From a virus, in the IMG/VR virus record IMGVR_UViG_3300031884_000939, positions 64,001 to 128,000 of that record: DNA of 64,000 nt; one strand, written 5' to 3'. The notes below the pieces were generated by a model. That model saw only the letters and a list, made by a program, of their open reading frames with translations, had not been told where the DNA came from and ran no database searches. This document shows, piece after piece, positions 1-9,150 of this stretch (positions are counted from its first letter, which is position 1; every line of letters begins with the position of its first letter). Made by a program: the position numbers and the translations under genes.

Positions 1-279
1 ATCTACCCATATTGTAATCTCCGGGGCAAATATTTCACGCATTTCTAGTAATGGGCATACGAAATCAGCAATAGCATATTCTGATTCACTTGCGTCACAT
101 AGTTCACGCATACGACGACTTTGACGAATTCTTCCTTCTTCGCTAAAGTCCCAATCGTTAAATTGTGCTCTAATTTCGTCAGCATTAAAATGCTGTGCGT
201 TAATTTTTTCTACTAAGGATTTTGCTAAGGTAGTTTTTCCTGAGCCAGGAAGGCCCAGGATTAAAATACGATGTGCCAT
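1..279 (-). CDS. APS-kinase-like P-loop protein, runs off the window edge
   Basis: Manual translation MAHRILILGLPGSGKTTLAK...HFNADEIRAQFNDWDFSEEGRIRQSRRM...IADFVCP; Walker A plus CysC-like motifs; not in the ORF track. Confidence 0.75.
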   Translation of the reverse strand, partial: MAHRILILGLPGSGKTTLAKSLVEKINAQHFNADEIRAQFNDWDFSEEGRIRQSRRMRELCDASESEYAIADFVCPLLEMREIFAPEITIWVD

Positions 280-369
280 TATTATTATAATCTTTCAATA
301 GTTACATAACTACCGTACGGCGTTGTGTTTGTGGTAAGCATCCAGGTGCTCATTTAGCTTGTCCTGTTT

Positions 370-578
370 TTATTCTTCTTTGACCCAACGGCAAGTTGTT
401 TCGTCAAATGTGTAGCCATCGCCCGGTGTAGGTGCTATGAATGCGTCACGACCTGAGTCATATGTAAATCCAACGCCGGCTCTATCACTGCTACAGGCTC
501 TTGTACAACTTTCTCGGCTCCTGTACCATGTTGTTCTATTGTGTCAGCTAATGCTCTTAATATTTCTTCAAATCTCAT
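370..578 (-). pseudogene. Small protein split by a 1-nt frameshift
   Basis: MRFEEILRALADTIEQ... stops at 435; an alternative frame without its own start reads AGVGFTYDSGRDAFIAPTPGDGYTFDETTCRWVKEE*, a recognisable phage motif. Confidence 0.5.
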
Positions 579-579
579 T

Positions 580-1137
580 TTATAATATCCCCGCGGCGGC
601 TTGTAGAGCTTTGATAGATTCATCTTGCTCGTAATATGCTTTTGTAGGCAACCCAGCTGCCACTCGCATTTCGTTTAATCCTTCATCGTGTGTTTCACGA
701 TATGCTTTTGGCGATAGTGGAACTATGCGCTCAAATTCTTCTTGAGTGTAAGGATATTCCTTACCTTCATAAACCATTGTCCAATCTTTTGGCTCAAATT
801 CTGTTAAGGTAGACAAATCATCTAATAACTGTTGTACATGGGAACCTGCTGTACTGCGTCTACGAATTTCAACATATACTAAGTAACGATTTGGTTTAAT
901 TTCGCCTGGACTACGGTCAGCATCAATAATAAAATCATAACCTTTTTCGAACCAATTCATTAAATCTTTCGAAGCATTAGGGTCGCGAACAAAGAAAGAG
1001 ATAACAATAATGTCATCATCCTCGCCCATCTTGCTAGTAAACTCGTCAATATGAATAACTGGCTTTAATAAGCCTTCCATGTCTTTATATTCTAAAGTTT
1101 CAAATATAAAATTAGAGTTGAGGTTCTTGTTGTCCAT
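580..1137 (-). CDS. Jumbo-phage hypothetical protein
   Basis: 185 aa ORF, IHIDEFTSKMGEDDDIIVISF, coupled to the upstream gene. Confidence 0.7.
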   Translation of the reverse strand: MDNKNLNSNFIFETLEYKDMEGLLKPVIHIDEFTSKMGEDDDIIVISFFVRDPNASKDLMNWFEKGYDFIIDADRSPGEIKPNRYLVYVEIRRRSTAGSHVQQLLDDLSTLTEFEPKDWTMVYEGKEYPYTQEEFERIVPLSPKAYRETHDEGLNEMRVAAGLPTKAYYEQDESIKALQAAAGIL

Positions 1138-1684
1138 TGTCTGTATAGTTAGGTTGTGTTTGTTCTTTGTCTAAATCTTTACTGTACGCATTGTCTAAGT
1201 CTTCCAAGTCCATTTCTTCCTCTTCCAACGCAATACTTCCAGTACGGATATCACTCATTAAATTCTTAGGCATAGTAATTTCTACTAGCCAAATCTTTTT
1301 CTCGATAATTCTAGCAATTTTAGTGCCAGGACGATAATCGGATGGATCCTCAATTTTAAGAGGAATCTTCATGTTAGTTTTTTTAAATTTTACTTCACAA
1401 TCAAAAGGAAGTAATCTGCGAGCCCCGCGTGGGTCTGGCATTAAATTCTCAGGCCACATAAAAATACAAGAAACTTTGTATTTGGAAATAGTAGGGCCTT
1501 GTACTAATTCACCAATTCCCCAGTTCTTAAATGCGTATAAATCCAAAGAATCCAACACACGCTCGTAGTCAAGTAAAGTTAATAAACTACCTTCACTAAG
1601 GTAGATATCTTTAATGTTGGCGGCGACCTGCCAATAGTCGGCATGATCTTTAAAGATTTCAGAGTCAAAAGGTTTATTTGCCAT
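1112..1684 (-). CDS. Jumbo-phage hypothetical protein (late)
   Basis: 190 aa ORF, MPDPRGARRLL motif; TAAATA late promoter at 1692-1697. Confidence 0.7.
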   Translation of the reverse strand: MANKPFDSEIFKDHADYWQVAANIKDIYLSEGSLLTLLDYERVLDSLDLYAFKNWGIGELVQGPTISKYKVSCIFMWPENLMPDPRGARRLLPFDCEVKFKKTNMKIPLKIEDPSDYRPGTKIARIIEKKIWLVEITMPKNLMSDIRTGSIALEEEEMDLEDLDNAYSKDLDKEQTQPNYTDNGQQEPQL

Positions 1685-1873
1685 AGTAATGTATTTAGTT
1701 AAATGGAAAGGTTAAGGTTATTTTGAAATTTAAGCGCAGAACAGCACTTTGGACTATTACTTATGCTTGAAATATAAGATATTAACACCCATAGAATATA
1801 AAAATCATGGGTCGTAAATACTCTTGACAGCAAGGTGCTGTCGGAAGTAACTCAACTACAAACGGAGTCTAAA

Positions 1874-2608
1874 TTGAGTAGACAAAGAGCAGCAAAATCT
1901 CAAAAACGTCAAATGACACATCAAGAAAATACGATAAGGTTCGATCAGGCAAAACCAGTAAAACAGCGCCCAATTGATATAGTTCCTAGAACTAGAAATC
2001 AAGAGCGTTTAGTGCTGGCTTTACAAAGTGACGAGCAACATATCGTTGTAACAGCAGGCCCTGCGGGCACAGGCAAGACATATCTTGCCGTCCTGGCGGC
2101 AATAAAAGCCTTTAGAGAAGGAGAAGTAGATCGCATAGTACTAACTAGACCAGCAGTTTCTGTTGAAAACGAAAATCACGGATTTTTACCGGGTGACTTA
2201 AATCAAAAAATGGACCCGTGGATTAAACCAATTACAGACATACTGAGAGAGTATTATCGTCCGCAAGACATTGCAGCGATGATCGAAGATCAGAAAATTG
2301 AAATTGCTCCGTTGTCGTTTATGCGTGGACGCACATTCAAAGACAGTTTTATTATTGCCGATGAAATGCAAAATGCCACGCCTAATCAAGTAAAAATGCT
2401 AATGACCCGTATTGGCGAAGGCAGTAAAATTGTAATCACGGGCGACGTAGAACAAGCCGATCGTAATCGCGGCAACAATGGTTTGATGGACCTTTGTTTA
2501 AGATTATCGAAAGGGGGTGTAAAGGGTATTGCTGTTTGCGATTTAGATTGTCGCGATATACAGCGGCACAAGATCATTGATAGTGTGCTAAACCTTTACG
2601 CTGATTGA
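1874..2608 (+). CDS. phoH: PhoH family ATPase
   Basis: GPAGTGKT, LTRPAV, GFLPGDL, APLSFMRGRTF, DEMQN, GDVEQAD; probable TTG start at 1874 after GGAG. Confidence 0.95.
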   Translation: MSRQRAAKSQKRQMTHQENTIRFDQAKPVKQRPIDIVPRTRNQERLVLALQSDEQHIVVTAGPAGTGKTYLAVLAAIKAFREGEVDRIVLTRPAVSVENENHGFLPGDLNQKMDPWIKPITDILREYYRPQDIAAMIEDQKIEIAPLSFMRGRTFKDSFIIADEMQNATPNQVKMLMTRIGEGSKIVITGDVEQADRNRGNNGLMDLCLRLSKGGVKGIAVCDLDCRDIQRHKIIDSVLNLYAD

Positions 2609-3207
2609 CCAGTAATTAGCTCGTAAATGTGCTTCCAGTTCTTTACGAGCGTTACTCCAGGATGGTAGTGATGCATGTTGTGGCCGTGCTCTATTAGTAG
2701 GGAATTTAATCCATACTTGTATCCGGCCTCAGCATTCTCGATTTTGTCTTCAATCCAAACTAGGCCAGTGCCTTCATATTCTTCTAAGGCCTCATCTTTG
2801 TGTGCGCCAGTATCCAGACACACGATGCGTTCAAAAGTATGCTCACCAAACAATTTACTTAGATTCATCTCACGAAGTCTCTGAGCATTAGGATCTAGAC
2901 TTAGTGAAGTAATACAGTGGAATTTATAACCGTGTTCCTCGACTAAGCGTTTTACATAGTACATGGCATCGCGCTGGGCGGGAAGGAATCCAATGGCCGC
3001 ACTTTCATTAAAAATGCGTATCAGCTTGACTACTTGTTCACGAGGTATGCCATAACGGATAGACATATCGTAATTGAGCTTGCTACCTGGAACTTCTTCG
3101 AATCCGTGTTCTTGCATCCAGACATTAAAGGCCCATTCCCAATCTAACAAACAACCGTCAGCATCGGTTAGGATAAGTTTTTTTCTGTTTCTATATTTCG
3201 ATTTCAT
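2596..3207 (-). CDS. HAD-superfamily 5'(3')-deoxyribonucleotidase-like protein
   Basis: DxDG motif (LTDADGCLLDW), ITS, WIEDK. Confidence 0.8.
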   Translation of the reverse strand: MKSKYRNRKKLILTDADGCLLDWEWAFNVWMQEHGFEEVPGSKLNYDMSIRYGIPREQVVKLIRIFNESAAIGFLPAQRDAMYYVKRLVEEHGYKFHCITSLSLDPNAQRLREMNLSKLFGEHTFERIVCLDTGAHKDEALEEYEGTGLVWIEDKIENAEAGYKYGLNSLLIEHGHNMHHYHPGVTLVKNWKHIYELITGQSA

Positions 3208-3258
3208 ATTACTATTATAGTATAATATGAATTGTTTGTCAAGTTAGTGCGTACTAAC

Positions 3259-3867
3259 TTAGACTTTGTGAGTCCCATTATACATAGGGTGATCAAACTC
3301 GGCTGACGAAATAGTGCTAAAAATATGAATTGGAAGTACTATAAGTTCAGAATCATTAGTTTTGAAATGATGGGGAGTCATTTTTCCAAGCAAAATAACA
3401 TCACCACAATTTAATTGGTACTCTTGTTGAGAATCAGCTGTACCAACAATAGATATACCTTGTCCCTGTACAACATAAACTACTCTTGGCGTAGCATGAA
3501 TGTGATGAGCTTGTTCAGATGTATAAGGGGGAATACATAACATTTGGAATGTTGGGTCGCCTGGCCGAACTGGATTAATTAATTGTTTTGTGCTACATCC
3601 GTTGATGTAAGGTAAATCAGTTCCGCGATTAAATGTACTAGTTCTTGTTTCTGGTGTATAGCCAAAAATTTCCACACACATTTTTGTAGATAATAATGTT
3701 GTACCGTCACCTGTTTTTGATACAGCGGTATCATTGTCCAAATACCAGTAACTCGATAGTTGATTAGTTAAAATAGTTTGCTCACCGATATACACTTTAT
3801 ATTGATATAAATCGCTACTCACTGATTCGTATGTAGATGGTGTGTTTGAATTAAGTATTTGGAACAT
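3259..3867 (-). CDS. Cupin-domain protein
   Basis: QAHHIHATPRVVYVVQGQG and GDVILLGKMTPHHF cupin motifs; start chosen at MFQIL. Confidence 0.7.
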   Translation of the reverse strand: MFQILNSNTPSTYESVSSDLYQYKVYIGEQTILTNQLSSYWYLDNDTAVSKTGDGTTLLSTKMCVEIFGYTPETRTSTFNRGTDLPYINGCSTKQLINPVRPGDPTFQMLCIPPYTSEQAHHIHATPRVVYVVQGQGISIVGTADSQQEYQLNCGDVILLGKMTPHHFKTNDSELIVLPIHIFSTISSAEFDHPMYNGTHKV

Positions 3868-4147
3868 TTTTGCTTTCAGTAGGTAATGCGTGGCCATTTT
3901 CTTGTAACAATCTTTCCATAATAGCAGGATAAAATGGATAATAGTAGCCAACTATACGCTCCCAATCTTTTGGAATAGTGCTATCACGCAACGATGCTTT
4001 AAGTACTTTGCATTCTTTAAAGTCCAAAATAACACTAGCAGTTTGCCAATCTTTAGTACGAACCCTAGTAGTTACAGTCATACCTTCGTCAATTTTACCG
4101 TTGGCTTGGTAAAAATAAGTTAACATTAAATATCTCATAGTTGGCAC
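3851..4147 (-). CDS. Hypothetical protein
   Basis: 98 aa ORF coupled to the clamp loader. Confidence 0.6.
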   Translation of the reverse strand: MPTMRYLMLTYFYQANGKIDEGMTVTTRVRTKDWQTASVILDFKECKVLKASLRDSTIPKDWERIVGYYYPFYPAIMERLLQENGHALPTESKNVPNT

Positions 4148-5055
4148 AATTCAGTTAATGTAGCGGACAAGTTAATTTCTTGGTCAGCTACCATAGGAAC
4201 ATTTACAAGCCCATTGCGAATAATAATAATTGCTTGATCCTGTTTGTGTGTATCAGTACTCCATAAGTCTAAGTTATCATACATCCAGCGGAACATACTG
4301 TCCATATCTTCAGTACTTGCTTGACTACAAATAATCTTACGGGCTTCGTTAGTCTTGCCAGCTTTAAATAATGCTACAGCGTCTAGCTTCCAATCTTTAA
4401 CTGACTGATCATTGTCGCCTGGTTTAACTAAAGTGCCGGTCATGCTATTGGGTTGTACTAAATTTAAACATTTGCGCAAGTCTGGGTAAGTGGCACGCAC
4501 ATAAGAATCTAGTGTGTCTAAATCAAATTCAACTTCCTCAGTCACTAATACAGTTGCTACACGAGCAGTAAACTCTGTAATATCTGTTTTTTCAATATGA
4601 AAGCCTTGGCAACGACTATGAATCGCTGGCATAATTTTATTAGGATAGTTACAAGTTAAAATAAAACGCACAGATTCTGCGTAGTCTTCCATTAAGTTAC
4701 GAAGTGCTGGTTGAACAGAGTTAATGTTCATATAATCAGCTTCGTCAATCAATACTACTTTAAATTTGCCAAATGGCATAGTACTACAAAAGCCAATTAG
4801 CTTATCAATCCACTCAACTTTTCTGGCATCTTTAGAACCGTTAGCTGACATTACATCATATTCATCTACACCTAGCTCGTTAATTAATAACTTAGCTAAT
4901 GTAGTCTTGCCTGTGCCAGGGCTACCGCTTAATAATAAATGCGGAATACTGCCTTGTTTAATCCAAGTTGTAACTTGTTGTTTTTGACTTTCGTCGGTAA
5001 ACACATACCCTTCAGTAGTGTTGGGCCTAAATTTTTCTGTCCAAAGAGCCTGCAT
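4135..5055 (-). CDS. Clamp loader AAA+ subunit (T4 gp44/RFC-like)
   Basis: LWTEKFRP, PHLLLSGSPGTGKTT, IDEAD, FILTCNY, SRC motif. Confidence 0.95.
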   Translation of the reverse strand: MQALWTEKFRPNTTEGYVFTDESQKQQVTTWIKQGSIPHLLLSGSPGTGKTTLAKLLINELGVDEYDVMSANGSKDARKVEWIDKLIGFCSTMPFGKFKVVLIDEADYMNINSVQPALRNLMEDYAESVRFILTCNYPNKIMPAIHSRCQGFHIEKTDITEFTARVATVLVTEEVEFDLDTLDSYVRATYPDLRKCLNLVQPNSMTGTLVKPGDNDQSVKDWKLDAVALFKAGKTNEARKIICSQASTEDMDSMFRWMYDNLDLWSTDTHKQDQAIIIIRNGLVNVPMVADQEINLSATLTELCQL

Positions 5056-5323
5056 CTATTTCTTCCTTATCCAATATTAATTTTACATCATATCCTGCTA
5101 ATTTTACAGCCGCCAAAGTTGTTTCATCTGTGCCTTTAATGTTTTCTTTATCGTACTTAGATACTAGTCTTTCTTCATTATACACATTTAAAGGGTCGTC
5201 GTCAACTGGTTTGGCTGGTTGTGTTTTGCCAAAGATTGAATCCCAATTATTTTGAACTGTTTCGTTTGATACTAGATTCGGCCTGCGGCCATAGCCTTTG
5301 CCACCGTCTCCGGATAATGCCAT
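5027..5323 (-). CDS. Hypothetical protein
   Basis: DGGKG..RP...NNWDSIF small phage protein motif. Confidence 0.55.
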   Translation of the reverse strand: MALSGDGGKGYGRRPNLVSNETVQNNWDSIFGKTQPAKPVDDDPLNVYNEERLVSKYDKENIKGTDETTLAAVKLAGYDVKLILDKEEIDAGSLDRKI

Positions 5324-5535
5324 TATACCAACTCTTCAGCAATACCTAATAATTCAGCAAACACCAATAGGTATCCAGCTGACTGAATGTAAGGATTCAT
5401 TTCTAACCAACCACCACCAGCAAGTGCTAGTCCAGCTATAATTCGTAATGCGCTTTTAGCTAAACTAATTCTTAAATGTTTGGCGGCATTTGGATGTTTT
5501 TCTATTTGTGTTGCGTTAGGTCTAGTTAATCCCAT
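5323..5535 (-). CDS. Small membrane protein
   Basis: HLRISLAKSALRI...AELLGIAEELV; two hydrophobic segments. Confidence 0.65.
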   Translation of the reverse strand: MGLTRPNATQIEKHPNAAKHLRISLAKSALRIIAGLALAGGGWLEMNPYIQSAGYLLVFAELLGIAEELV

Positions 5536-5682
5536 ATTATTTTCCTTTAAAAAAATGAAGTATATTATAAAATCTAGTTTTATAATGGGTGAACAGGGGT
5601 TTTAATATTGCTGGATGGTACGGACAGCGTCCTTGCCGATAATCACACTCAGGAGTGTATTCGTGTCCGCAAGTTGAACAAT

Positions 5683-5904
5683 CTATCTTTTTAGTAGTTG
5701 AATTAATCTTTCTTGATCCCATATTTCTTCTCCAGCAAATTTTGGTAATGAAACAAACGCATCATCTAAATATCGTTTGAGCATATATAAATCTCTTTTA
5801 CAATTCATTTGAGTAAATCCATCATTCATTGGAGAACTGATTTCACTAATCGATTCTCTTATTGCTTGATAAGCTGGATTTAAGTTGGGCTGTTTAAAAC
5901 CCAT
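5683..5904 (-). CDS. Hypothetical protein
   Basis: 73 aa ORF coupled to neighbours. Confidence 0.6.
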   Translation of the reverse strand: MGFKQPNLNPAYQAIRESISEISSPMNDGFTQMNCKRDLYMLKRYLDDAFVSLPKFAGEEIWDQERLIQLLKR

Positions 5905-6299
5905 TAGCTTGGCATTTCTTGTTTTTCAATATGTACAGCAGTTGAAATACCTTCCAATGTTGGGCACTCAACATCGTCGGATACAAGTAGTATATCCTTA
6001 GGATCAATCTTACGAACAGTTTGTTCGCCGTTTTCATCTTCTATTTCTAAACCGCGAGTCCAACGACCGTGTGCTACAAGAATCCACTGTCCTACTTTGA
6101 CTGTAGTTTGTTTTGGTCCTACCGCATATACCTTACCCCAGCGTGGACGAATGCCATGGCCCTTACCATTGTCGTTTGGAATCCAAATACCACCTTGAGT
6201 AATACGCACATCAAAAGCCATGTCATGTACAATCACATGATCTTTCACAGCTTTAAACTGTTCTCTTTTTATTTTATGCGGTTCAAACTGATGTTTCAT
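5904..6299 (-). CDS. Divergent GroES/Cpn10-like co-chaperonin
   Basis: TQGGIWIP mobile loop, GKVYAVGP, VKVGQWILV. Confidence 0.75.
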   Translation of the reverse strand: MKHQFEPHKIKREQFKAVKDHVIVHDMAFDVRITQGGIWIPNDNGKGHGIRPRWGKVYAVGPKQTTVKVGQWILVAHGRWTRGLEIEDENGEQTVRKIDPKDILLVSDDVECPTLEGISTAVHIEKQEMPS

Positions 6300-6773
6300 T
6301 TAAATCTTTCTTACAGGTTTATCTTGTTGTTGTTGACGAGCTGTTTTTTCTAACTCTTGCTTAACTGTTTTAGCACGAGCGATAGCTCCTGCCAACCCAC
6401 CTTGATCGTCTGTTGTGGTTTCTGTAATACTTGCTGGTGTCGAATCTGCTACCGGCAATGGATCAGCTTGTGGGGCTATAGGAGCTGATGCTACAACTGG
6501 CTGGCCTGTTGCCATAGCTGGCGCTTGTACTGGAGCTTCTGTTGAATGTTGATGGTTAGTTTGTACTGGGCCATCTGATACATTAGTTTGGCGCTGAATG
6601 CGTCTTTGTAATTGTTGATTTCTAGAATCGATAATATTACCTTGAGCATCGATTCTGTCGCCGCGAGCATTTACGCCCATATTGCCAACAGCTCTAACAT
6701 TTTCATTTTGTAAACGCATAGATCCAATGTCTACTTGTTTGCCTCTCGCTGTTTTATATACTTTAGTTGTCAT
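6300..6773 (-). CDS. Hypothetical protein
   Basis: YKTARGKQVD...AVGNMGVNARGD N-terminus, low-complexity C-terminus. Confidence 0.7.
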   Translation of the reverse strand: MTTKVYKTARGKQVDIGSMRLQNENVRAVGNMGVNARGDRIDAQGNIIDSRNQQLQRRIQRQTNVSDGPVQTNHQHSTEAPVQAPAMATGQPVVASAPIAPQADPLPVADSTPASITETTTDDQGGLAGAIARAKTVKQELEKTARQQQQDKPVRKI

Positions 6774-6799
6774 AATATTCTCCTGAATTCTTACTGTAT

Positions 6800-7318
6800 T
6801 TAACGCAAAAATTCGCCGATGTTTAATTTATAGTGCATAGAATCTATTTTATGTACTCCCATTTTATATAATATAAAACTGGATACTGAACTTCCACGCC
6901 CTACACCCCAAATTACACGATTTTCTTTCATAATATCCACGAGGTACTTTAAAAATTTGAGCAAATCAAATAAATTACGCTCTTGATATAATAATAGTTC
7001 TTCCCCGCATCGTTGTAATTCGGCTTCATTGTTACATAAATCTAGGATATACTGAGCTATATCCATATCTTTATATGCTTGTGGCACGTGCCAATTTTGT
7101 TGTTTTTCGTAATCCCATGCTGGGACAGTTTTATTGCCTTCGATAGTCCAAGGTAAAAAAGTATTTGGAAATCTTTCAACGAATTTAATTATCTTTTCAA
7201 TATCAACTGTATTATCTACAATCATACCTTTGAATGAATCTAGTTTACGGCCTTGCATTAACAGATCAACTACATCTGTTTCATTAAAAATCATTTCGCC
7301 GTAATTATTCTGTTTCAT
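6800..7318 (-). CDS. dnaE: Stand-alone fragment of DNA polymerase III alpha
   Basis: R..EEL, LKYLVDIM...WGVGRGSSVSSFILYKMGVHKIDS..YKL matches the DnaE GRGS region; only 172 aa. Confidence 0.8.
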   Translation of the reverse strand: MKQNNYGEMIFNETDVVDLLMQGRKLDSFKGMIVDNTVDIEKIIKFVERFPNTFLPWTIEGNKTVPAWDYEKQQNWHVPQAYKDMDIAQYILDLCNNEAELQRCGEELLLYQERNLFDLLKFLKYLVDIMKENRVIWGVGRGSSVSSFILYKMGVHKIDSMHYKLNIGEFLR

Positions 7319-7934
7319 CTAATCTTTTAAAATCAGCATAAACTACTGTGTTACCATATTCATCGTCTTCTTCTGGCTTTTCAGTTATATCTTCTATATC
7401 TGGCCATTGTAAGTCTAAATCACGCCAAACACTTCCTTGATGTATTGTAACAACTTTATCAACATCAATCAAGTCTCCTTCGCAATGTACTAAATCAGCA
7501 GAGTCCCACCAAGTAGGAGATTCCAAACTGTCGATGTTTTCATTATCGCCATGTATATAAATTACACCATCGCCAATTACACTACTAATTTCAACTTCGC
7601 CTAGTACAATACGGTCTTCCATAATAGCTGATAACTTTTGGAATAACATTATTCCCACTAATTGATCTACTGGATCGCCCGGAAATGTAACAACACGCAA
7701 GCCAGCATCCGCATACTTTTTACATTGTTCTTCGTGCTCGGCACTAATAAACATTGAGCTATCTAGTATATTATACACGAAATACTTAATACGGTCAAAT
7801 GCTACATTATTAGCAGCACCGTCTGGTGTATTAGTCATCATGTATAACTTGGCCACATAGTTGTTCATTTGCATTTGACCATTATAATAAATGCCGGCGG
7901 TAAAATTAAGGGGGTATTGTATTCTTACGTTCAT
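7305..7934 (-). CDS. Hypothetical protein
   Basis: 209 aa ORF coupled to the dnaE fragment. Confidence 0.65.
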   Translation of the reverse strand: MNVRIQYPLNFTAGIYYNGQMQMNNYVAKLYMMTNTPDGAANNVAFDRIKYFVYNILDSSMFISAEHEEQCKKYADAGLRVVTFPGDPVDQLVGIMLFQKLSAIMEDRIVLGEVEISSVIGDGVIYIHGDNENIDSLESPTWWDSADLVHCEGDLIDVDKVVTIHQGSVWRDLDLQWPDIEDITEKPEEDDEYGNTVVYADFKRLDETE

Positions 7935-8155
7935 GAGATGTCAATCATTCCATCAAAGTCTGTGCCTGATTGTGCGGCCTTCATTTTACTTTGATATTTG
8001 TTTTGATAAGTTTCTAGTGCCATACGAATTTGGTTACACAAATCGTGATTCCCTAAACGATAAGCAATACTAAGTTTTTTGTTTAATTCGGCAATCTTAC
8101 CAGAGAGTTCGTCAGTAGTAAGATTATCAATACTAGGTAATAGTGGATGTTCCAT
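7931..8155 (-). CDS. Small coiled-coil hypothetical protein
   Basis: 74 aa; sigma70-like promoter upstream. Confidence 0.65.
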   Translation of the reverse strand: MEHPLLPSIDNLTTDELSGKIAELNKKLSIAYRLGNHDLCNQIRMALETYQNKYQSKMKAAQSGTDFDGMIDIS

Positions 8156-8197
8156 ATACTAATTGTATAGGAAAAATATGGTTATGTCAATAGCTTT

Positions 8198-9097
8198 TTA
8201 GCTAAATGAAACGCCGTTGTTACCAATACAATACCAACTGCCATTGCCAAATTGTAATGTACAAGCTGAGCCTGTAGAACTTAATGTAACATTACCAGTA
8301 TTGCCTAAATTCCATCCAGCACTAGTAACAGCTACAACCATAGAGCCTGCCGCTACATTGGCTGCCACTAAAGTTTTAATTTGTCCAGAAACTCCATTTG
8401 GAAGTGTAGCTGTTTCAGCTGAACCTGTAGTAATATAACTTGTAGTTACTGCTAAATTAGATACCGCACTAGCTGCTAATGATTCACTGGAATTATTAAA
8501 TGGCTGTAATTCTTGATTAGTTTGATTAATCGAAATAGTAGCACCGTTAGATGATGTACTAAATGTAAATGAGTATACACCAGATGCCGCAAAAGTTATT
8601 ACATTGGTACTAGGATTTAATCCTTGAATACCAGTAGTGTTAACACTAACTGCTGTAGGTAATGTTACAGTATGTGCCGCACTAGCTACAGTAATTTGAA
8701 CTGTAACAACACCTTGTTGTCCTGCTATAGGCCAATTACTAAATCCTAAACTTACTGATCCACTAGTAGTAAAAGATTGGAAATGTCCTGCGGAGTAATC
8801 AATAGTAACTACATTTGATACTGGGACTAACCCAGAAACTGCTACAAATGCAAAGTCAGATACAAGAGCATTAGTTAATGGGGAATTCAACATATTGTTT
8901 TGAACAGAAAGATTTGCTCCGCCTGTTAACTGAGAATTTACAATGGATTTATTTTGTAAATCGGTAATTTCTTGTGCCGCATAGTTAAAATTCGTAGAAG
9001 TATTCGTGAAGTTATCACGAAAACCTTGCGAGTTGTTATCTTGACCGGCTACTGGGTAAGCGCCGTTAATGTTATTTGGGTTAATCTGACTTGTCAT
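8198..9097 (-). CDS. Virion structural protein (tail/baseplate)
   Basis: YPVAGQDNNSQGFRDNF N-terminal motif, beta-rich; TAAATA at 9122-9127. Confidence 0.7.
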   Translation of the reverse strand: MTSQINPNNINGAYPVAGQDNNSQGFRDNFTNTSTNFNYAAQEITDLQNKSIVNSQLTGGANLSVQNNMLNSPLTNALVSDFAFVAVSGLVPVSNVVTIDYSAGHFQSFTTSGSVSLGFSNWPIAGQQGVVTVQITVASAAHTVTLPTAVSVNTTGIQGLNPSTNVITFAASGVYSFTFSTSSNGATISINQTNQELQPFNNSSESLAASAVSNLAVTTSYITTGSAETATLPNGVSGQIKTLVAANVAAGSMVVAVTSAGWNLGNTGNVTLSSTGSACTLQFGNGSWYCIGNNGVSFS

Positions 9098-9150
9098 TCT
9101 TAGTATCCTTGAATATGCTATTATTTAGCTAATTTGATAACTGTTTAAAA

